Under the pieces are notes generated by a model. That model was not told the origin of the DNA. It was given only the letters and a program-made list of their open reading frames with translations, and ran no database searches. Below, piece after piece: positions 1 through 7,109 of a stretch of DNA of 55,769 nucleotides. The position numbers and the translations under genes are program-made. Numbering within the stretch: the first letter of the stretch is position 1; every line of letters begins with the position of its first letter. Source of the stretch: an uncultured virus (IMG/VR IMGVR_UViG_3300021431_000088). Taxonomy: Duplodnaviria > Heunggongvirae > Uroviricota > Caudoviricetes. The DNA lies in the IMG/VR virus record IMGVR_UViG_3300021431_000088; one strand, given 5' to 3'.

Positions 1-149
1 GCTGGAGAAAATGCTGAACGAGTAAAAGCCCGAAAGGGCTTTTACTTTTTTCAAAAAAACTTTTGAAAAAGGGTTGACATTTTCCCGGCGTTGTGCTATA
101 CTATAATCACAGAAGGGGAAAACCTTCTGAAAGAAAGGGGATTGAAATC

Positions 150-341
150 ATGGTAGAGTTTGGCAAGATGTGGCAGATTGAAAACAAGGCCGATTTTGAA
201 AAGGCTATGGCGGCGCTGGACGAAGCTAAGTTTATCGCGGAAATGTCGGATGACTTTTCCTGCTGGCGGCGTGAGCGTGAAGAGGTTGATAGACAGCGGC
301 GGCAGGTGCTGGCGGCGGCGCGTGAGAAGGGGCTAATCTAA
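150..341 (+). CDS. Small early protein, unknown function (63 aa)
   Basis: Promoter 74-102, RBS GAAAGGGG, ATG at 150, TAA at 341, terminator hairpin AGAAGGGGCT/AGCCCCTTCT plus T-tract. Confidence 0.8.
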   Translation: MVEFGKMWQIENKADFEKAMAALDEAKFIAEMSDDFSCWRREREEVDRQRRQVLAAAREKGLI

Positions 342-445
342 GCCCCTTCTTTTTCGCGCAAAAGTTAGTTATAATTAACTAAATTAAAAATGGGCAGATT
401 CACCGTGGGTCCCAGTGTCTTGTGCTCCTCCCCTGATCTGATTAT

Positions 446-474
446 ATTATAGCAGAAGGGCCGGCACTTGTCAA
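446..474 (-). promoter_or_regulatory. Antisense sigma70-type promoter with no downstream ORF
   Basis: Minus strand TTGACA-agtgccggcccttctgc(17)-TATAAT, back-to-back with the + promoter at 520. Confidence 0.75.
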
Positions 475-597
475 CCCTTTTTTTTGAAAAAAGTTTTTTC
501 AAAAAATTTGAAAAAAGTGTTGACATTTTCGCCGGGTTATGTTATTATATACTCACAGGGAGGGACAAGAGCCCACCGAAGAAAGGAAAGCAAGGCA

Positions 598-819
598 ATG
601 AAGAAGATTTACAAGATCAAGGTAGAACGGGTCACGGCTGATTGGGGACGATTCGAGGGTTATGATGAAACCTACGTGAGAACGGATAATATCGCCGCCG
701 TGGTTGAAATGAAAAAGGCAGAGATTGAGAAAATCGGCGCGTGGTGGATGGGCTACGGAAAAGCTGAAGATGGGCGCCCGAACGTGGAAGCAGAAGAGCT
801 GAACGTAATCGAAGCGTAA
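598..819 (+). CDS. Small early protein, unknown function (73 aa)
   Basis: Promoter 520-548, RBS AAAGGAAAG, ATG at 598, terminator GGCCGGCA-aaa-TGCCGGCC-T7. Confidence 0.8.
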   Translation: MKKIYKIKVERVTADWGRFEGYDETYVRTDNIAAVVEMKKAEIEKIGAWWMGYGKAEDGRPNVEAEELNVIEA

Positions 820-946
820 AGCTTCGGGCCGGCAAAATGCCGGCCTTTTTTATGTGCTGCGTTAGCTATAACTAACCAGCGCGCGGATTCCTCGTGAGCC
901 TGCCCAACCTCTCTCCGGTCTCCCCGGTGTCCTCGACTGTATCTGT

Positions 947-975
947 ATTATAAAACGTCAAGCCGTGTTTGTCAA
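947..975 (-). promoter_or_regulatory. Antisense sigma70-type promoter with no downstream ORF
   Basis: Minus strand TTGACA-aacacggcttgacgttt(17)-TATAAT, back-to-back with the + promoter at 1021. Confidence 0.75.
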
Positions 976-1102
976 GCCCTTTTTCAAAAGATTTTTCAAA
1001 AGATTTTTTCGCAAAAGGGGTTGACATTTTATCCGGCATATGATATACTAATAATGTCAAAAGGGGAAGGAAAACCCCTAAAAACCAGAAAGGGGCAAGA
1101 AA

Positions 1103-1306
1103 ATGAAGGAACTGTTCACGGAAGGAACTTACACGGCACGCGGCACGCGCAAGGGCGCAACTTATAGCGTTGAGATCGTTGATGCTAATGGTACAATCGT
1201 TGCGTATCGGTGGTTCAATGACGCTACTAAAAACGCCGATAAGTATGTGCCTGCTAAGTTTTACGACATGATTCACACGGCTATTAGCAAGACAAGGTCT
1301 TGCTAA
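1103..1306 (+). CDS. Small early protein, unknown function (67 aa)
   Basis: Promoter 1021-1049, leader hairpin, RBS GAAAGGGG, ORF track. Confidence 0.8.
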   Translation: MKELFTEGTYTARGTRKGATYSVEIVDANGTIVAYRWFNDATKNADKYVPAKFYDMIHTAISKTRSC

Positions 1307-1414
1307 TAGCCCTAATTTTTTTCAAAAAAGGGGTTGACATTTCATCCGGCATATGGTATACTTATACCGTAAAGAGGGGAAGGAAAACCCCTAAAAACCA
1401 GAAAGGGCGCTAAA

Positions 1415-1588
1415 ATGACTGTTGCGATGCTGATGGAAATCCTTTCCCATATGTCCCCTGATGCGGTGGTTGAGTTTGATGATACCTATACCCAATGCGA
1501 AGGTTGGGAAGAAGGGCACGAAGATGCTACCATGGTGGTATCTGATGCGGTGGCCGATGGTGGCCGTGTGGTTCTGCACGGCGAATAA
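1415..1588 (+). CDS. Small acidic early protein (57 aa, MTVAMLMEILSHMSPDAVVEFDD...)
   Basis: Promoter 1334-1362, RBS GAAAGGG, ATG 1415 to TAA 1588 read by hand, terminator GAAAAGGGC-gcaa-GCCCTTTTC-T7. Confidence 0.75.
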   Translation: MTVAMLMEILSHMSPDAVVEFDDTYTQCEGWEEGHEDATMVVSDAVADGGRVVLHGE

Positions 1589-1813
1589 GAAAAGGGCGCA
1601 AGCCCTTTTCTTTTTTTCAAAAAGGGGGTTGACAGATTGACTTTGCTATGCTATAATATGGATGGTGGAGGAGGGGCACATATTTTAACACTTTACTATA
1701 GTAAAGTGCTAAAGTTGAAAAATCTTTTTATAAAAGGGTTGACAAACCGGCGCGTTTATGTTATACTAATACTGTCAAAGGGGAAAGCCCTTGACAGAAA
1801 GGGGAAACGAAAA

Positions 1814-1945
1814 ATGCTGTATGTTATGCTCCTGATGAATGGCACGCTGTACACCTTCAAGACGGAAAAGGAACGTTTTGCCGCATGGATGAAACTGCCA
1901 GACTATAAAGCGAAAAACGCGCGATTCTATGAAATGGTTCTGTAA
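1814..1945 (+). CDS. Small early protein (43 aa, MLYVMLLMNGTLYTFKTEKERF...)
   Basis: Promoter 1739-1767, RBS GAAAGGGG, ATG at 1814. Confidence 0.7.
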   Translation: MLYVMLLMNGTLYTFKTEKERFAAWMKLPDYKAKNARFYEMVL

Positions 1946-2017
1946 AGAACCATTTTTCTTTTGTCGTTTTCATCTATTCGCTAAACCGTAGTTTAGCGAA
2001 TAGATGAAAAAACCGCA

Positions 2018-2144
2018 TAAAAAATGCGGAACTTCCATCCGCTTGCGACGAGGTTTTTTATTTGCTCCTTTATGCCCGTGTGTGTTTGCCCTTTTACGGT
2101 GCGGGCGGCGGGAGGCCCCTACTCGCTTGACCTTTCCTCCCTAC
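2018..2144 (-). ncRNA. Candidate small non-coding RNA, copy 1
   Basis: Minus promoter TTGACT-N17-TAAGAT at 2151-2179, no ORF, ends in hairpin GCGGA-tggaagt-TCCGC plus T-tract, paralogous to 2249-2390. Confidence 0.55.
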
Positions 2145-2248
2145 GCTTATATCTTACCACAACCTAGGGAAAAAGTCAACCCCTTTTTGAAAAAAGTTTT
2201 GAAAAATATCGGTGGTTTTTCGCGCGAATAGGCGCAAGCGAATAGGCA

Positions 2249-2390
2249 ATAAAAAAGGCGGAAGTTCCATCCGCCTGCGACTGGATTTTTTTATTTGCGC
2301 CTTTGTGCTCCTATGTGTCTTGCCATTTCCCTTTCGGTACTTTAGCGGGAGCGGCGGGAGGTTCCTACTCGCTTGACCCTTCCTCCCTGT
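2249..2390 (-). ncRNA. Candidate small non-coding RNA, copy 2
   Basis: Minus promoter TTGACT-N17-TAGTAT at 2397-2425, no ORF, ends in GGCGGA-tggaact-TCCGCC-T6, shares conserved blocks with copy 1. Confidence 0.55.
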
Positions 2391-2535
2391 GACTGTATAC
2401 TATCATATCTCTATAAAAAAGTCAAGCCCTTTTTCAAAAAAAGTTTCAAAAAAATAGGGGTTGACTTTTTCGCGCCGGTGTGCTATACTAACAATGTAAA
2501 GAGGCGGCAACGCCAGAAAGGGGATGGATGGGAAA

Positions 2536-2604
2536 ATGCTGGAAATGGTTCTGCTGGGTGCTGTCGCCATGGCATGGGTGGCCGCCCTTGTAAAAATGGC
2601 TTGA
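2536..2604 (+). CDS. 22-aa hydrophobic peptide MLEMVLLGAVAMAWVAALVKMA
   Basis: Own promoter 2461-2489, purine-rich leader AGAAAGGGGATGGATGGGAAA, ATG 2536 to TGA 2604. Confidence 0.55.
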   Translation: MLEMVLLGAVAMAWVAALVKMA

Positions 2605-2705
2605 AAAAAGTTTTGAAAAGGGCTTGACAAGCCGGACAAAACGTGTTATACTAACAATGTAAAAAGGGTGAAGGAAAACACCGAAAAACCAGAAAGGAAA
2701 GGGTC

Positions 2706-2888
2706 ATGAAAAAGTACGCGGTTATGTTCGTAAACTGGCAGGGTTGTGAAGAGGTTGAGAGGTTCGCAAAGCTGGAAGAGGCGAAAACCTACGCCGAAAA
2801 GCTGGAAGAAGAGGAAGGCAGGAACGGCTATTCGGTGGAAGAAGGTTATGAGGTTTACAACCTTGAAACTGGATGTTTCATCTATTGA
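2706..2888 (+). CDS. Small acidic early protein (60 aa)
   Basis: Promoter 2624-2652, RBS, terminator AAAAGCCC-gaaa-GGGCTTTT. Confidence 0.8.
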   Translation: MKKYAVMFVNWQGCEEVERFAKLEEAKTYAEKLEEEEGRNGYSVEEGYEVYNLETGCFIY

Positions 2889-3070
2889 CAAAAGCCCGAA
2901 AGGGCTTTTTGTTTTGTCTATACGCTTTACTATGATAAAGCGCGAAAGCGTTTAAAAAAGTTTGAAAAAAGTTTGTGAAAGGGGTTGACAAGCCGGCTAT
3001 AATGTGATATACTGATACCGTTGAAAGAGACAAGGAAAAGTCTTAAAAACCAGAAAGGAAGGAAAAGGCA

Positions 3071-3235
3071 ATGTTTGAAAACAAGGAAATCATCATCTAC
3101 GGTGTGGAACTGGAAAACGGTGAGCGCAACGTGTACACGAATGAAGGCGACAGGATTCGGTTCTTGAACTGGCTGAACCGTGTGAATTATCCGCTTTACC
3201 TGACCGCGAGAAGGTTTGAGTTGACCATTTCTTAA
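3071..3235 (+). CDS. Small early protein (54 aa, MFENKEIIIYGVELENGERNVY...)
   Basis: Promoter 2985-3013, RBS GAAAGGAAGG, ATG 3071 to TAA 3235, terminator AAAAGCGCC-gcaa-GGCGCTTTT. Confidence 0.75.
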   Translation: MFENKEIIIYGVELENGERNVYTNEGDRIRFLNWLNRVNYPLYLTARRFELTIS

Positions 3236-3462
3236 AAGCGCCGCAAGGCGCTTTTTGTTTTTCTAAAAAAAATGAAAAATAGGGGTTGACAACTTGACTT
3301 TTCTATGCTATTATATGTACGGTGGAGAGGGGCGGCCGCCTATTGACTTTAGTATAGTAAAGCGATAAAGCGCGAAAAAAGTTTCAATTTTTTTCAGAAA
3401 AAGGGTTGACATATGCCGGGTTATGTGTTATACTAAGACCATCAAAGGAGGAGGTCGAAACC

Positions 3463-3717
3463 ATGAAGTACTATGGCGCGAACGTTCAAAAGCATTGGGG
3501 TGCTCCCTATCATACGGTCTACTTTGCTATGAAAGATATCCATGACAGGAAAAAGATTGAGGAGTTTTGCCGCAAGGAATGGAACTTGACGAAAAAGAAT
3601 TGCTTTGGCTTGTATCCTGTCAAGCCCGCGGAATACTTTGTCAAGGCGTTGACGTGGCCGCAATCCAATTCCGAAAACTTTTGGAACTATCGCAAGTCTA
3701 TCATGGTCACGTTGTGA
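3463..3717 (+). CDS. Small early protein (84 aa)
   Basis: Promoter 3406-3434, RBS AAGGAGGAGGT, ATG at 3463. Confidence 0.8.
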   Translation: MKYYGANVQKHWGAPYHTVYFAMKDIHDRKKIEEFCRKEWNLTKKNCFGLYPVKPAEYFVKALTWPQSNSENFWNYRKSIMVTL

Positions 3718-3830
3718 CCATGATATTTTTTTGAAAAAATATCAAAAAAGGGGTTGACAAAGTGAAACGCCGGTTATAATATATAGTCAAGAGATGCGGA
3801 AAGCATCTCAAAGAAAGGAAGGAAAGAAAG

Positions 3831-3977
3831 ATGTTCACCTACACCATCAGCGAGTACCCCAACCTGGTAAAGCCCTTCGCCGTCTACCGCAATGACCCGT
3901 TTGGCAACGGCGCGATTGTAAAGACCTTCAAGACTCGCAAGGGCGCGGAGAATTGGATCAGGCGGCAGACCGCCTGA
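3831..3977 (+). CDS. Small basic early protein (48 aa, MFTYTISEYPNLVKPFAVYRND...FKTRKGAENWIRRQTA)
   Basis: Promoter at 3754, RBS GAAAGGAAGG, ATG 3831 to TGA 3977 read by hand. Confidence 0.75.
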   Translation: MFTYTISEYPNLVKPFAVYRNDPFGNGAIVKTFKTRKGAENWIRRQTA

Positions 3978-4379
3978 TCCCTTTTTTGGTATATGGTTAG
4001 TTATAACTAACTGAATGGGCTATGAGGTTAGTTATAACTAACTGAACGGGCGGAGGGACTATTGAGTTAGTTATAACTAACCAGACGCACGAGATTTGCC
4101 CTGAGACGCGTTGAAATGGCATTAAATGCCCGTCCGGTTGATGCCTCTTAATTTCAGCGCGTCTCAGGGCGTTCTACGGAAAATCATGAATAATTATACA
4201 TTTGAGTGTATAAAAACCGCATTTTTATACAGAAATACTATGGTATTCTGTATAATATACATCGTTTTTCTGTATATGCGCACAGCGGTATTTTTCGCGT
4301 GATAAAAAAATTACAAAAAAGGTGTTGACAAACGGTCTTTTATCGTGTAATATAAAGACAAGAAAGGGGGAGGGACTCA

Positions 4380-4817
4380 ATGAAGAAGGCGATCTGGTTC
4401 GACATGGATGGAACGATTGCTAACCTGTACGCGGTGGATGGTTGGCTGAACGACCTGAACAACGAGAAGGCTCGCCCGTATCTGACGGCTAAGGTTATGC
4501 TCAACATGAATACCCTCGCCCGCCTGCTGAACAAGGTACAGAAAAACGGCTATTCCATCGGTATCATTTCTTGGACTTCTAAGAATGGTTCGGCCGCCTA
4601 CAATGAGAAGGTAGCAACCGCAAAAAAGGTTTGGCTGTCTAAGCATCTCAATTCTGTAAAGTGGGACGCCATTAAAGTGGTTCCCTATGGCACGAACAAG
4701 AACACCGCTTGCGGCGGCGGTATCCTGTTTGACGATGAAGAAGGCAACCGCAAGGCATGGACAAACGGTATCGCCTACACGCCTGACAACATTATGACAG
4801 TGCTAAAAAAACTTTGA
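4380..4817 (+). CDS. HAD-superfamily phosphatase, 5'(3')-nucleotidase-like
   Basis: HAD motif I (IWFDMDGTIANL), motif II (IISWT), motif III Lys and motif IV (ILFDD), promoter at 4325, RBS GGAGG. Confidence 0.8.
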   Translation: MKKAIWFDMDGTIANLYAVDGWLNDLNNEKARPYLTAKVMLNMNTLARLLNKVQKNGYSIGIISWTSKNGSAAYNEKVATAKKVWLSKHLNSVKWDAIKVVPYGTNKNTACGGGILFDDEEGNRKAWTNGIAYTPDNIMTVLKKL

Positions 4818-4913
4818 AAAAAGTCAACTAAAGGGTTGACAATTTGCCCGGTCTGCTATAATATATAGACAAGAAGTGAAGGAAAACACTTAAACACCAG
4901 AAAGGGCAAGACC

Positions 4914-5096
4914 ATGAAGAACTACACCGTTGAGACCGAACACACCAACATGACCGCCGACTATGAGACCTTCACCAATGAAGGGAACGCCCGCAAGTGG
5001 TTCGATAACATGGTTAAGCGCGCCGAATCTGACAAGTCTATCGAATGGGTGAGGATTGTACACGGCAACGACTTTACCGCCGAGTGGTATCGCTAA
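4914..5096 (+). CDS. Small early protein (60 aa)
   Basis: Promoter at 4836, leader hairpin, RBS, terminator AAGAGACCC-gcaa-GGGTCTCTT. Confidence 0.8.
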   Translation: MKNYTVETEHTNMTADYETFTNEGNARKWFDNMVKRAESDKSIEWVRIVHGNDFTAEWYR

Positions 5097-5283
5097 GAGA
5101 CCCGCAAGGGTCTCTTTTCTTTCCCCTTTACACTTTACTATAGTAAAGCACTAAAGCGCGAAAAAAGTTTTGAAAAAATCGAAAAAGTTTTCAAAAAAGG
5201 GGTTGACAATTCGCCCGGCACGCTATAATATACAGTCAAGAGGTGAGGGAAAGCACCTCAAGAAGAAAGGAAGGTAAACCACA

Positions 5284-5481
5284 ATGAAGACCATGAACGA
5301 GATTAACAACATCATCTGCCACGTCATGACCGACAACGATTTCGACCACGTCCTTGAAGCGGCCTACGACCGCGATGACTTGGACAAGCGCGTTGCCTAC
5401 AACGGCAAGCGGCGTCTGGTAAGGGCTCTCAACAAGTACGGTCTGACCCTCAACGAGTGGGACGCTTGGGACGCCATGTAA
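5284..5481 (+). CDS. Small early protein (65 aa)
   Basis: Promoter at 5203, RBS AAAGGAAGGT, terminator GGCGGAGGGC-gtaa-GCCCTCCGCC. Confidence 0.8.
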   Translation: MKTMNEINNIICHVMTDNDFDHVLEAAYDRDDLDKRVAYNGKRRLVRALNKYGLTLNEWDAWDAM

Positions 5482-5539
5482 GGCGTCCCACAACGGCGGA
5501 GGGCGTAAGCCCTCCGCCTCTTTTGTCGTTAGCGCTTTC

Positions 5540-6550
5540 GCGCTTTACTATAATAAAGTATTTGGTTAGTCATAACTAACCTGCCAAACAGGCAAACGGA
5601 AGGTTTGTCCGAACTTTGTTAAATTATTGTCAATCTCGCCGCTAAGATAGATTGTTAATTTTGTGTCAATCTCGCCACTATTAGGGCACGCTAACTAGTT
5701 GTTAAAAAAACGACAATCTCGCCACTAGTGAGTTAGTTATAACTAACTCGCTGGCGGAGGAACTTCGGCGGTTAGTCCACACTAACCGCCGAAACGGCCA
5801 AACTTATGTTCGTCAGGAAGATTGTTAAAATATTGTCAATCTCGCTGCTAGCGGGCACTTTGTTAAATCTTTAACAAGCGCCCGCTATTAGTTAGTTAGT
5901 CATAACTAACCACGCGAAAAAGGCAAACGTGCGGTTTGTCGGAAGATTGTTAAATCTTTAACAAGCGCCCACTAGTTAGTTAGTCATAACTAACTTAGCG
6001 GTCCTGGGTTAGCCATAACTAACTGCCCAAACGGGCAAACGCACGTTTTGTCCTAAGATTGTTAATTCTTTAACAATCTCGCTGCTAGGTGGCGGTTGTT
6101 AAATCTTTAACAATCTCGCCACTAAGTTAGTTAGTCATAACTAACTTCACGGACTACTACAAGATTGTTAAAACGTTAACAATCTCGCCACTAGGTGGCG
6201 GAGGGACATGGGCGCGCAAGCGCGCCGGCAGCGCGACCTATACGAGGGCAGCACCGCTGCGGTGGTGGAGGGACGTGCCCGGCGGAGGGACATGCCCGGC
6301 GGAGGGACTAAGGTTAGTTAGTCATAACTAACCAAACGGACTATTGGTTAGTTAGTCATAACTAACTCGATGGACTATTGTTAAATCTTTAACAATAGGC
6401 CGAAACGGCCAAACGTAAGTTTATTAGGAAGATTGTTAAACCTTTAACAATCTCGCTACTATTACAGAATGAGGTTATGAAACGTCATTTCCAAACTCCG
6501 GACGGTTTTCGACTGTCCTGTACTTTAGCACTTTACTATAGTGAAGTGCG
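5540..6550. repeat. Non-coding cluster of interspersed palindromic repeats
   Basis: GTTAGY(T/C)ATAACTAAC at 5565, 5732, 5895, 5979, 6008, 6130, 6317 and 6351. About 11 copies of TTGTTAA-N4-5-(TTAA/TGT)CAA(TCTCGCYRCTA). Repeated GGCGGAGGGA and GGC(C)AAAC blocks. No ORF of 60 aa or more. Confidence 0.9.
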
Positions 6551-6636
6551 CCGGACGGTTAAAAAAGAATGAACCGTCCTGGACGGCCATTTATACGAAA
6601 CGCTATCGGTCATGCGCCGGCAGCGGTGTTTGACAC

Positions 6637-7109
6637 GCGTGCGCATTTTTTTGACCTCAAACCACAAGGGCAGAAAAATGCGCGCGCCTTGTTATCCGTC
6701 GCTCCCCTATGCGGCGGTAGCGCCGCAAGCGCGCCCCTCATGTCTTAAGCCACATAGACAGGAGGGGCGCGCGTCCCTGTTGATTCGTCTCTACCCGCGG
6801 GGCGGAGGGACGGGCACGCTTCACACGTCTCAAATCACAAAGACGGGTGAAGCGTGCCTTCCTGTTATTCGTCCCAGTATTGGCTGAAGGCGCATACGCG
6901 CGCCTTGTTCTTTTTAAGCCACACAAAAGAGCAAGGCGCGCGCCTGTTATTCGTCCCACTTGCTGCGGCGGAGGGACGCCACATTTTTCGTTTTTTAAGC
7001 CACAGAAAAACGAAAAATGTGGCCCCTGTTGTTCGTCGCACTTGCTAGGGCGAAGCGCTACGCGATTGCTTTTCATTTTTCAAGCCATCAAAAAATGAAA
7101 AGCAATCGC
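6637..7109 (+). repeat. Tandem array of six hairpins with unrelated stems and a conserved 10-nt loop
   Basis: Hairpins at 6637-6687, 6729-6772, 6813-6858, 6897-6942, 6978-7023 and 7062-7109. Loops CAAACCACAA, TAAGCCACAT, CAAATCACAA, TAAGCCACAC, TAAGCCACAG, CAAGCCATCA. A CCTGTTATTCGTC-like linker follows units 1-5. Confidence 0.9.

Larger units (their letters stand above)
74..5231 (+). promoter_or_regulatory. Array of about 15 sigma70/sigmaA-type promoters on the + strand, 13 of them directly ahead of an early gene
   Basis: TTGAC(A/T)-N17-TA(T/A)(A/T)(C/A)T with -35 boxes at 74, 520, 1021, 1334, 1629, 1739, 2461, 2624, 2985, 3286, 3406, 3754, 4325, 4836 and 5203. Each is preceded by A/T-tract UP elements (e.g. 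TTTTGAAAAAGGG). At 3754, 4836 and 5203 the best TATAAT has a 15-nt spacer. Confidence 0.9.

Noticed and set aside
2018..2390. HDV-like (theta) ribozyme or known riboswitch identity for the duplicated sRNAs
   Set aside because: I could not fit the nested double-pseudoknot or a riboswitch consensus by eye, so they are left as unclassified candidates.
5585..6425. c-di-GMP-I riboswitch suggested by GGCAAAC motifs
   Set aside because: The downstream GAAA-tetraloop stem, GACGCAAAG element and second stem are missing. The motif is part of the local repeat unit.
6612..7098. ORFs 6612-6887, 6738-7076, 6847-7098 and 6854-7048
   Set aside because: No RBS, overlapping frames on both strands and Arg/Pro/Ala-rich composition. 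They look like by-products of the GC-rich hairpin array.
5560..7109. CRISPR array
   Set aside because: There are no identical direct repeats separated by unique spacers of constant length. In the hairpin array the variable parts are self-complementary stems, and no cas genes are in the window.
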